Assembly (NCBI GenBank): GCA_905194675.1 | Contig: CAJJTG010000001.1 | Coordinates: forward strand, 75,632 to 139,631 | DNA from: an uncultured Collinsella sp. | GTDB taxonomy: Bacteria; Actinomycetota; Coriobacteriia; Coriobacteriales; Coriobacteriaceae | Direction of reading: 5' to 3' | DNA: 64,000 nucleotides | Shown: piece by piece, positions 1 to 9,900 of the stretch | Layout: every line of letters starts with the position of its first letter | How positions within the stretch are numbered: position 1 is the stretch's first letter | Notes under the pieces: model-generated | What the model saw: the letters and a program-made list of their open reading frames with translations, nothing else | Told to the model about the DNA's origin: nothing | The model's database searches: none | Translations under genes and position numbers: made by a program

Positions 1-573
1 GGCTACGGTCGCATCGCGGTGCCCTATGCGCACAAGGTCGTGACCGAGATCACCTGCCACGGCACCGGTGCCGTGCGCCTGTTTGGCGATCACGGCACGG
101 TGATCGACGTGGGCGGCCAGGACACCAAGGTCATTCAGCTTGAAAGTGGCCGCGTGGCCAAGTTTGCCATGAACGACAAGTGCGCCGCCGGCACGGGGCG
201 CTTTTTGGAGATCATGGCCGACCGCCTAGGCATTTCCCAGCAGCAGATGGCCGACCTGGCGCGTTCCGGCGAGCCTACCAAGATCAGCAGCATGTGCACG
301 GTGTTTGCCGAAAGCGAGGTTATCAGCCTGATCGGTCGCGGTGAGCCGCGCGAGAACATCGCACGTGGCGTGATCGACAGCGTGGTCTCGCGCGTGGCGA
401 CCATGGCCGGGCAGGCCGCAGGCGGCCCGTACTACCTGACCGGTGGCCTGTGCGAGAACGCCTTCGTGGTGGAGCGGTTGGGCGAGCTACTGGGGTCGCC
501 GGTGACCACCTCGCCCCAGGCTCGCTTTGCCGGTGCCATCGGCGCGGCGATTCGCGCGCAGGCGCTCAATTAA
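1..573 (+). CDS. BadF/BadG/BcrA/BcrD-family ATPase (acyl-CoA dehydratase activator, HgdC-like), 5'-truncated at the window edge
   Basis: Frame 1 is open from nt 1 (GYGRIAVPYAHKVV...). Actin-like ATPase motifs present (DVGGQDTKV, KCAAGTGRFLE, LTGGL). Ends at TAA 571-573. Confidence 0.6.
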   Translation, partial: GYGRIAVPYAHKVVTEITCHGTGAVRLFGDHGTVIDVGGQDTKVIQLESGRVAKFAMNDKCAAGTGRFLEIMADRLGISQQQMADLARSGEPTKISSMCTVFAESEVISLIGRGEPRENIARGVIDSVVSRVATMAGQAAGGPYYLTGGLCENAFVVERLGELLGSPVTTSPQARFAGAIGAAIRAQALN

Positions 574-643
574 TGCATCCGCCCCAGGCTCGCATTCATG
601 CGTATACTGGGAGAAAATGATTGACCGATGAGAGGAGGTATCG

Positions 644-1693
644 ATGGCTGACGATCAGATTAAGCTCACGTCTATGACTGCCGCGAGCGGTTGAGCCGCT
701 AAGTTGGCTCCTGGAGCCCTCGCCCAGGTCCTGGGCGACTTACCCAATGTGCATAACGACAACCTGCTCGTGGGGTTCGATACCTCCGACGATGCGAGCG
801 TCTTTCGCGTTGGCGATAACCTGGGCCTCGTTCAGTCCATCGACTTCTTCCCGCCGATGGTCGACGACCCGTTCCTGTTTGGCCAGATCGCCGCGGCCAA
901 CTCGCTGTCGGACATCTATGCTATGGGCGGGCGGCCGAGTCATGCCATGAACCTGCTCTGCATACCCAGTTGCCTGGGCGTCGAGGTTGCCGGCCAGATT
1001 CTGGCGGGTGGCGCCGACAAGTGCGTCGAGGCCGGCTGCTCTATCGCGGGCGGCCACACCATCAACGACGACGAGCCCAAGTACGGCCTGTCCGTGAGCG
1101 GCTTTGTCGCGCTCGACCGTATGCTCGCCAACAGCGGTGCGCGCGTGGGCGATGCGTTACTGCTGACCAAGGCGGTTGGCTCGGGCATCATCACCACGGC
1201 CATTAAGGGCGAGCTTATCGAGCAGGACGAGGCCGCAGCCATGTTTGACTCGATGCGCACCCTCAACGAGGCGCCGATTCGTCTGGCCGAGGGACTCGAG
1301 CTTCACGGCTGTACCGACGTCACGGGCTTTGGCCTGATCGGGCATGCGTGCGAGATGGCCGAGGGCTCGGGCGTGCAGATTGAGCTTGCGTCAGGGGCCG
1401 TACCGCTCTTTGACCAGGTGCTCGACATGGCGCGTCTTGGCATTATCCCAGCCGGCGCCTACCGCAACCAGGACTTCTTTGGCCCCCGCGTGGCGGCCGA
1501 CGATGACCTGGAACCGGGCATGTTGGATGCGCTGTACGATCCGCAGACCTCGGGCGGCCTGCTCATCGCGGCGCCTGCTGCCGATGTGGATGAGCTTTCG
1601 CGTCGTCTGCATGCCGAAGGACGTATCGCCGCCGTCGTCGGTCGCGTGTGCGAGCCGGTGCCAGGCGGCCCTGCCGTCCGCGTTGCCCGTTAA
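644..1693 (+). CDS. selD: Selenide, water dikinase (selenophosphate synthetase), selenocysteine-containing form
   Basis: ATG at 644 is preceded by a GAGGAGG RBS. An in-frame TGA at 692-694 falls within ...TAASG-U-AAK..., aligning with the SGGC/UGAK active-site motif of SelD. Hairpins lie immediately 3' of the TGA (ggctcc/ggagcc and cccagg/cctggg), a candidate SECIS. Downstream the protein is SelD-like throughout. The ORF track starts only at TTG 704 because of the TGA. Confidence 0.85.
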
Positions 1694-1752
1694 CGACACG
1701 TTTATCGAACTATGCACCGTTCTAGAACGATTTATTCGAAAGGAAAAAAGCT

Positions 1753-2379
1753 ATGTCTACCAAAATTGAAGTCAATGCCATGGGCGATGCCTGCCCGCTG
1801 CCCGTCGTCAAGACGCTTAAGGCACTCAAACAGCTTGATGGCGAGGGCGCCGTCGTGACTTCGGTCGATAACGAGACGGCCGTGAAGAACATCTCCAAGA
1901 TGGCACAGGAGAAGGGCTGCACGGCCTCGGTCGAGAAGATTTCGGACGCTGAGTGGCACGTGACTGTCGCGACCGCCGGTGCCGTGGCCGTTGCGGACCC
2001 CGAGCAGGACGGTGCCGCTTTCTGCGACGCCAGCGCCGGCAAGGGCAAACTCGTCATTTCCGTCTACACCGATTGCATGGGTCGTGGCGACGACGAGCTG
2101 GGCCACAAGCTCATGAAGGCGTTTATCTTTGCCGTGACGCAGCAGGAGGAGCTGCCTGCGACCATGTTGTTCTACAACGGCGGCGCCAAGCTCACCGTTG
2201 AGGGGTCGCCGGTGCTCGATGATCTGAAGGGCCTGGCGGAACAGGGTGTCGAGATTCTCACCTGCGGTACCTGCCTGGACCACTTTGGCATCAAGGACCA
2301 GCTTGCCGTGGGCGAGGTCACCAACATGTACGTGATCGTGGAGAAGATGGAGCAGGCCGTGCGCGTCGTGCGCCCATAA
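1753..2379 (+). CDS. yedF: YedF-like selenium metabolism protein (N-terminal TusA-like CPxP domain plus DsrE-like domain)
   Basis: N-terminal GDACPLPVVKT TusA-type motif. 208 aa. RBS gaaagga 8 nt upstream. Located next to selD. Confidence 0.6.
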   Translation: MSTKIEVNAMGDACPLPVVKTLKALKQLDGEGAVVTSVDNETAVKNISKMAQEKGCTASVEKISDAEWHVTVATAGAVAVADPEQDGAAFCDASAGKGKLVISVYTDCMGRGDDELGHKLMKAFIFAVTQQEELPATMLFYNGGAKLTVEGSPVLDDLKGLAEQGVEILTCGTCLDHFGIKDQLAVGEVTNMYVIVEKMEQAVRVVRP

Positions 2380-2398
2380 CGTATTGGTTGGAGTTGCC

Positions 2399-2650
2399 AT
2401 GAGGGAGAAGCGCCCGGCGCTTGTCATCACGTTTCCCACCACGGCGGCCGCCATGGGCTGCGAATCTCTGTGCATCGAGCGCGGTCTTCCCGGACGAACG
2501 ATTCCCGTGCCCGGGGAGGTCGCTGCCGGTTGCGGTCTGGCGTGGAAGGCGTTGCCTGCCGATGAGGAGCTGCTGCGCGGCGAACTCGCCGCGGCGGGCG
2601 TTCCCACCGAGGGCTATACCGTGATTGATATGTGGGAGGTCGTGCGATGA
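2399..2650 (+). CDS. DUF3343 small protein (putative Se/S carrier-like)
   Basis: ~83 aa with motif LVITFPTTAAAMGCESLCIERGLPGRTIPVPGEVAAGCGLAW, typical of DUF3343. RBS GGAG with 5-nt spacer before ATG 2399. Its stop overlaps the next gene's start (ATGA). Confidence 0.55.
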   Translation: MREKRPALVITFPTTAAAMGCESLCIERGLPGRTIPVPGEVAAGCGLAWKALPADEELLRGELAAAGVPTEGYTVIDMWEVVR

Positions 2651-3789
2651 TCTACCTGGATAACGCGGCGACGACCATGCACAAGCCGCTGACGGTCATC
2701 GATGCCGTGACGCAGGCGATGTGCTCGCTCGGCAATGCCGGGCGCGGCGCCACGTCGGGCGCCCTCGATGCCGCGCGTACCATTCACGGCTGCCGCGCCA
2801 AGCTTGCGCGCTTGCTGGGCTGCCCGCGGGCGGATCATGTGTGCTTTACGCCCAACTCCACCGCGGCGCTCAACACCGTCATCAATGGCGTGGTGCGCCC
2901 CGGCGACCGTGTGGTCACGACGGTGCTCGAGCACAACTCCGTGCTACGTCCGCTCAATCGCTTGGCGGCAGAGCAGGGTGTGACGGTTGATCATGCGGGT
3001 TGCGACGTGAACGGCGCGCTCGACTACGACGAGCTCGAGCGGCTAGTCACGCCCGGTACGCGTGCCGTGGTGGTGACGCACGCCTCAAATGTGACCGGCA
3101 ACGCGGTCGACATTGCGCGCGTGGCGGCCATGGCCCATGCGGCCGGTGCGCTGGTGATCGTCGATGCCTCTCAGTCTGCCGGCACGGCGCGTATCGATAT
3201 GCATGCCATGGGGCTCGACATTGTGTGCTTTACCGGCCACAAGGGGCTCATGGGGCCCCAAGGCACCGGCGGCCTGGCCGTGGCGGAGGGCATTGACGTG
3301 TCTCCGTGGGCCATGGGCGGCACGGGCGTGCACAGCTTTGACCCACTGCAGCCACTTGAGTGGCCCACGCGGCTCGAGGCGGGCACGCTCAACGGTCACG
3401 GCATAGCGGGCCTTTCTGCCGGTCTCGACTTTATCGAGGCGCAAGGCGGGGTCGAGGCGATTGCGGCGCATGAGCGTGCGCTCGCCGATCGCTTCCTTGC
3501 CGGTGTGCGCGAAATCCCGGAGATCAAGCTCTACGGCGCTTTTGACCAGCCGTCGCGCTCGGCGATCGTCTCACTCAACGTGGGCGATATCGACTCTGCC
3601 GAGATCTCGGACGCGCTCATGCAGGGGTGGGGGATTGCGACGCGCTCCGGCGCCCATTGCGCTCCGCTCATGCACCACGCGCTGGGAACCGAGCGCCAGG
3701 GCGTGGTTCGGTTCTCGTTTGGTTACTTCAATACGGCCGAGGAAGTCGACATGGCGATTGAGGCTCTGCGCGATTTGAGCTGCGATTAG
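2647..3789 (+). CDS. Class V aminotransferase: cysteine desulfurase / selenocysteine lyase (SufS/CsdA-like)
   Basis: IYLDNAATT N-terminus. PLP-lysine motif FTGHKGLMGPQG. C-terminal RSGAHCAP catalytic Cys loop. Translationally coupled to the DUF3343 gene (ATGA overlap). Confidence 0.8.
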   Translation: MIYLDNAATTMHKPLTVIDAVTQAMCSLGNAGRGATSGALDAARTIHGCRAKLARLLGCPRADHVCFTPNSTAALNTVINGVVRPGDRVVTTVLEHNSVLRPLNRLAAEQGVTVDHAGCDVNGALDYDELERLVTPGTRAVVVTHASNVTGNAVDIARVAAMAHAAGALVIVDASQSAGTARIDMHAMGLDIVCFTGHKGLMGPQGTGGLAVAEGIDVSPWAMGGTGVHSFDPLQPLEWPTRLEAGTLNGHGIAGLSAGLDFIEAQGGVEAIAAHERALADRFLAGVREIPEIKLYGAFDQPSRSAIVSLNVGDIDSAEISDALMQGWGIATRSGAHCAPLMHHALGTERQGVVRFSFGYFNTAEEVDMAIEALRDLSCD

Positions 3790-3915
3790 ACCAACCTTTT
3801 GCGCCCTTAGATAAACCGTTTACGCTACCTTCCCGCATTGTCGCTTATACAGGGTAATGTGAAATGATGGCCCACACTGGGACTCTGTATCTTTGCGAAT
3901 TACGGGAAGGTTCCT

Positions 3916-6900
3916 ATGAACAGGATCACTGCTGCCCTCTATAGGTTTTTGGTTGTCTATCTTTCGGTTGCGATGGTCGTGACCTCGATACCGCTTGCGC
4001 CCCGCGCGGCTTATGCCGATGACGCCGGGGCGCTTGCCGTTGAGAGCGAGGCCCAAGAGACCGACTCGGGCTCCGATACCGATGCGGTCGATGAATCATC
4101 ATCTTCGGACGAAAGCGCTTCATCCGCGTCTTCCGACCAAGAGAATAATACGCAGGACGACTCATCCAGCGCGGCATCCGATGCCCCCGGGACGAGCCTA
4201 GCGCAGGACCTCACAAGTGCTGTGACTGATTCCGATGCTGCAAAGAGCTCGCCTGCAACGTCAGAGTCCTCGTCCGATGACAGCGAAGTCGATCCCCTCG
4301 TGTATGAGGATCCAACGGTCTATGAGTATGCCAAGCTTATGCCGAACGGCTATGTGTATCCGTGCGATGCAGGCGGAAGCGTTACGGTAGAGATTGATGG
4401 AAACGACCCGTATGGGAGCTCTGTCGACGGTAAATTGGTAACCAATCTGATCGTTGATTACGGAGTGGATGGGGTCCCCGGATATATTTGTGAGTATTCC
4501 TCCAATCTGCGTTCGGTGCGTTTTGAGAACAGCTCTATTTCTTCAATTGGACTACACGCCTTTTCTGGGTGCTCCAATCTCGCCGATATCAGCTTTTCCG
4601 GTATGACCATTGGAAGTATCGGAACAGGGGCCTTTTCTGGGTGCGGATCGCTTACGAGCCTGAACATTAATGACGTTGCTACCATCGGCTCTATGGGCGA
4701 TGCCGCGTTTGCCTGGAGCGGGCTGCGGTCTACGGGTCTCGACAAGGTCGTTGGTCTCAGTTCGATTCCTGAGAACGCTTATAATGCCTGCAGCGCTCTG
4801 ACCGATACCGGTCTGGGCGGGAACACATCCATCACGTCAATCGGCGTTAATGCGTTCAAAAACTGCTCCCGCCTTGCGACGACCGGACTTGAGAGCAATA
4901 CGACGATCAAGACGCTCCGCGAAGGTTGCTTCTCCGGGACCAATATGAGCGGCGGGCTGACGCTGCCCCTTTATTCCAAAATCGAGGAACTGCCGAGCCG
5001 TGCGTTCTATGGCTCTAAGCTCGAAACCGTGTACCTTGGGTGCGACCATGTGGTGCTCATTAATTCCACCACGTTTCCCAAGCAATACATGACTGTCATG
5101 GTCCCTGCCAAGATGGTTTCGCAATACGAAAGCGGCCACCCTAAAGAGGTTTGGGAGAGCTGTAATGGTAGCCTGCCCGTCCCCGTAGGCAAGATGCTCC
5201 AAAAGATTGAGATCTCGCGTGATCCCGACAAGATGGCCTATCAGCCGGGGGAAAAGATCTCGCTCGAGGGCATGAGTGTCACATTTCAATATCCTCATTC
5301 GACGATGGATAGCGACTACGAAGCGCTCATAAAGGAAGAACTCGGCGAATACCTTACGGCGACCCCCTGCGATGGTGATGTCTTCGACGAGTCGATGGAC
5401 GGAGAACCTATACAGCTCGTGTACGACGATGGCTACACGCGCCTTGTCGCGTACAGCAAGGGCAACCTGCAGCAGGCGGCCTACGAGTATGCCAAGCTCA
5501 TGCCCAACTACTATCTGTATCCGTGCGACGCAAACGGAAATCTTACAGTAGAAATCGATGAGAACAGCCCGCGCGAGAACTCCGTCGACGGTCGAATGGT
5601 AACGAATTTGATTGTCGATTACGGGGTGGATGAAGTCGACGCACAGCTCTGTGCCGACTCTACCAACCTGCGTTCAGTGCGCTTTGAGAACACTTCCATT
5701 TCCAAATTCGGATTGCACGCCTTCTATAACTGCCCGAATCTCACCGATATCAGCCTTTCCGGTATGACCATCGGCACCATCGGGAAAGAGGCATTCTATG
5801 GCTGCAAGTCGCTTGCGAGCCTGAACATCAGCGAGACTACTACCATTGGCTCGATGGGCGACGCCGCGTTTGCCGAGAGTGGACTGGTGTCCACGGGGCT
5901 CGACAAGGTTATCGGCCTCACATCGATTCCCGACAGAGCCTACGAAGGCTGCAAGGCTCTGACCGATACCGGCCTGGACAAGAATGCCTCCATTACATCG
6001 ATTGGCGTTTGCGCGTTCAGGTTTTGCTCGAACCTTGCTACCACAGGGCTCGAGAGCAACACAACGGTCGAAACGCTTGGCCACACCTGCTTCTACGGCA
6101 CCGACTTGAGCGGCGGACTGACGCTGCCATATAACTCCAAGATCGAGGAGTTGCCGGAAAAGGCGTTTGGCAGTACCAATCTCGAGACCGTGTTCTTTGG
6201 GTGCAACCATGCGGTGCTCATTAACACCGACACGTTCCCCAAATACAACATGACCGTCATGGTCCCTGCCAGGATGATTCCGAAGTATGCTAACGGGCAT
6301 CCCAAAGCTGTTTGGGAGAGGTGCAACGGCTGCCTGCCCGTCCCGGTGGGCAAGGTGCTCGAGAACGTTGGGATCTCACGCGACCCCAACAACATGACCT
6401 ACGAGACGGGGGAGACCATTTCGCTCGAGGGCATGAGCGTTGAGCTCGATTACCCGCATACGGTATCGATTTGGAACTACGAGGCGCTCATACAGGAAGA
6501 GCTCGGCGAGTACCTTACGGCCACCCCCTGCGACGGTGACGTCTTCGATGAGTCGATGGACGGACAGCCCGTAAAGCTCGTGTATGACGACGGCTATTCG
6601 CATTTTGAAACCCAGACCAAGGGCACGCTACGGCTCAAGAAGCCTGAGCCGACGTCGTTCCAGATCTCCTATGCTCAAACGATCGATAAAGGCGAACGCA
6701 AACTGATGGACGGCGTTGAGCTGCCCGATGTTTCCGGCGCGACGACGATCGATGCGGGCGCCGAGGTCACGCTCGATGCCGGTGCTTTGGGGATGCTCAA
6801 CGACAACATCACGTTTAAGGGCTGGTATGACACCGAGTCCGGCAAGTATATCTCCAAAGAGACGGCCTACACGTTTACGCCGGATAAGGATCTGTCCCTG

Positions 6901-9900
6901 GAGGCTCGCTTTAAGCTCAAGGACTATGCGGTGCATGTCAACGATGCGCAGGCGACCGATTCGTCGCAGGACTATGCGCACCTGAGTGTTACCGCCCAAA
7001 ACTGCTATCGCAATGCCGGCGAGACGGTTGAGGTTTCTGCCGTCACGGATAACGCCCTGTTCCTGGGCTGGTATCTGGGCGAGGGCGATGATGCGTACGC
7101 CGCGAGCGATCAGCTCGACTTTACCTATACGGTGGACAAGGCGGACGCGATTGTGTCCGAGGACAAGACTGACGCTAGGATCGAGATCACTCCGCGATAC
7201 TGCGCTCCGCAGGCGAGCGTTGTGCTGAGTGTGGATGGGGTCGATGAGAACGGGCAGCCGCTCGGGCAGTTCCTTTCCACCGGTCTGTACGGCATCGGGT
7301 CGCGCGTAACGGTCGTGGCGGTGCCAATGCCTGGCTATGTGTTTGACTACGCGACCGATGCCCTCGGCAACGTTGTCTTTACCGGCGACGATGGTCCGTC
7401 CTACACGTTTGTGCTCGAGGGAGATGTGCAGTACACCGCGCATTTCCGCGAGGCGACTGACCCCGACGAGTCACTCGCGGCGCTTAAAGCCGCGCTCATT
7501 GCCGCGATTACGGCTGCGGCCGTTCTCGCCACCATGTATGGCCTGGGCGAGATTGTCGACCCCATCGCGGCCGACGCGGTGATTGAGATCGGTATGGCCG
7601 ACAACATTGAGGATGTTGCCGCTGTGGGCACCAAGGTGCTCAAGGAGATTAAGGACATCATCGACGACCACAAGAAGCCCAAGCCTCATGGCGACCATAA
7701 GATTGAGATTATTGCCACCGCGCAGCCCGAGGTGGGCGGCGTCGTTACCGGAGGCGGTATCCACTATGAGGGGACGGTCGCCACGCTCGAAGCCGTCGCA
7801 AATCCCGGCTATCGCTTCGTATGTTGGAAAGAGAACGGCGTCGAGGTCTCGACATCTCCTCTCAAGACGATGACGATCACGGACCTGACGCCCGAGGTTG
7901 TAAAGATGACGGCCGTCTTTGAGAAAAAAGTCGAGGTCACGGCAGTTGCCGAAGCCGATGGCATTCAGGCCGATTTTTCGACGGGCTGCACCGCAAGCCC
8001 TGTAAAGCAGAGCATCACCCGTGGCGATCAGGCTATGGTCATTGCGAGCGAGGGTCCCGACTATGCCTTTGTGGGATGGTTTGAGGACGGCATCGAGGTT
8101 TCGCCCGAGCGCACGTATATCTTCGAGGCCGAGGTCGACCGCCATCTGGTTGCGCGCTTCCGCAAGGCGGACAAGACTATTCTGGTGAATACCGATCCCT
8201 TCGATAGCGCCGAGGTGCTGTGCGATGGCATGCCAGTCGTGGATGGCAAGGTTCGCGCGAAGGATGGCGATATTCTCACGTTTACGATGCGGCCCAAGGT
8301 GCGCCCCGACAATCCGGAGAAAACGTACCGTTTTGTAGAGTGGCGAGAAACCGATGCGCAGGGTATCACGATTGCCAACAAGCAGGAAGTTTGCGAATAC
8401 CGCGTTAACGGCAATGCCCGAATTGAGGCCGTAATGGACGGCAGAGATACGCATACCGTGCGTGCCGAGGCCGACCCGCTCGAGGGCGGCACCGTTACGC
8501 TGAAGCGCGGCGAGACTGCCGGCATGGTTCTCGAGGTCCCCGAGGGTGAGCGCGTGACCGCGGAGGCTACGCCATCCGAGGGCTATATCTTTGACGGTTG
8601 GTATCTGAGCAATGGTGGCTCGGATACTACGTCGACGCTGGTTTCGAGCGAGCGTTCGTATACCTTTGAGCCCATTACCGACTGCGTGGTCCAGGCGAAG
8701 TTTACGCGTGCCTGCAAGGTGGACGTTGTCGTTGAGCCGGCCGCGGCCATGGCGGGCAAATATATGGTGCACGGTGAGGGCTACTGCATGAAGGGCGAGC
8801 CTGCCACGCTGAGCATTGAGCTCACGGCGGAGGCGAGCAAACAATTTACCTTTAAGGGCTGGTACGACGCCAAGACGGACCTGCTTTTGGGTACCGACCC
8901 CAGCTATCTCGAGTTCTATCCCGAGGACGTGGAATGCACCGTGCGCGCGGTGTTTGAGGAAAATACCTATACCGTGACGGCGAAGGCCAAGAAGACCTTT
9001 GTGGAGCGCGGTACGGTTGAGATTGAGGGGCACCCGGGGGTATCTTCGGTTACCTGCGGATATGGCGACACGGTGATGCTCAAGGCGAAGGCCAATGACG
9101 GCTACCGCTTTGACCATTGGAAGGATGACTCCGGTAAGGAGTACGACTCTGCCGAGCTGGTCGTTAAGGTTACCAAGTGCGACACCTATACCGCGATCTT
9201 TACCGACTCAAAACCCGAGGTAATGGTCACGGCCGATTCGTGGCTCGGCGGTACTGTGACGTGTAATGGGACCGTGGTGAACCCTACGACCGATACGTTC
9301 AAATTAGGGGAGACCCTTCATCTGACGGCTAAGGCCCATCCTGGTTTTTTGTTCTGGGGTTGGTACGTCAATGGTCGCCTGAAGAGCCTTAAGCACGAGA
9401 CCTCGTTGGTTGCGAAGGCTCGCGGTAAAACCGGACACTGCGTTATTACCGCGGCCTTTGTGCCGATCGATACCGTCTGCGTGCCTCTCGCCGATCCTGC
9501 GGAGGGCGGCACCGTCAAGGCGAGCCGAATCCTTGCCGACCGCGGCGCGGAGGTTGCCCTTAAGGCGACGCCCAATCCCGGTTACGTCTTTACTGGTTGG
9601 TATACGGCCGACGGCACGTTTGAGTCTGCCGATGCGGAGTTCACCTGCCACCAGGAGCGCAGCCATGTGCACGTCGCTCGCTTTATGGCAAAAAGCTATG
9701 AAGTCGACGCCACGACGGTAGTCGATTCCGGCACCGGTTCGCTGGTCGAATCGAGCGTCGCCGGCTGGGTCGAGGGCGCAGGCACCGTCGAGGCGGGGCA
9801 TGCCGCCACGCTGACGGCGCATGCGCTTTCGGGCTATGCGTTTGAGTATTGGGCCGATGCCTCGGGCGCCGTGGTAAGCCGTGACAGCACCTATCACGTG

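Noticed and set aside
704-1693. TTG-started SelD fragment as called by the ORF track
   Set aside because: Upstream ATG 644 has a strong RBS. The in-frame TGA falls exactly at the SelD active-site Cys/Sec position and is followed by hairpins. A Sec-decoded full-length gene is the better model.
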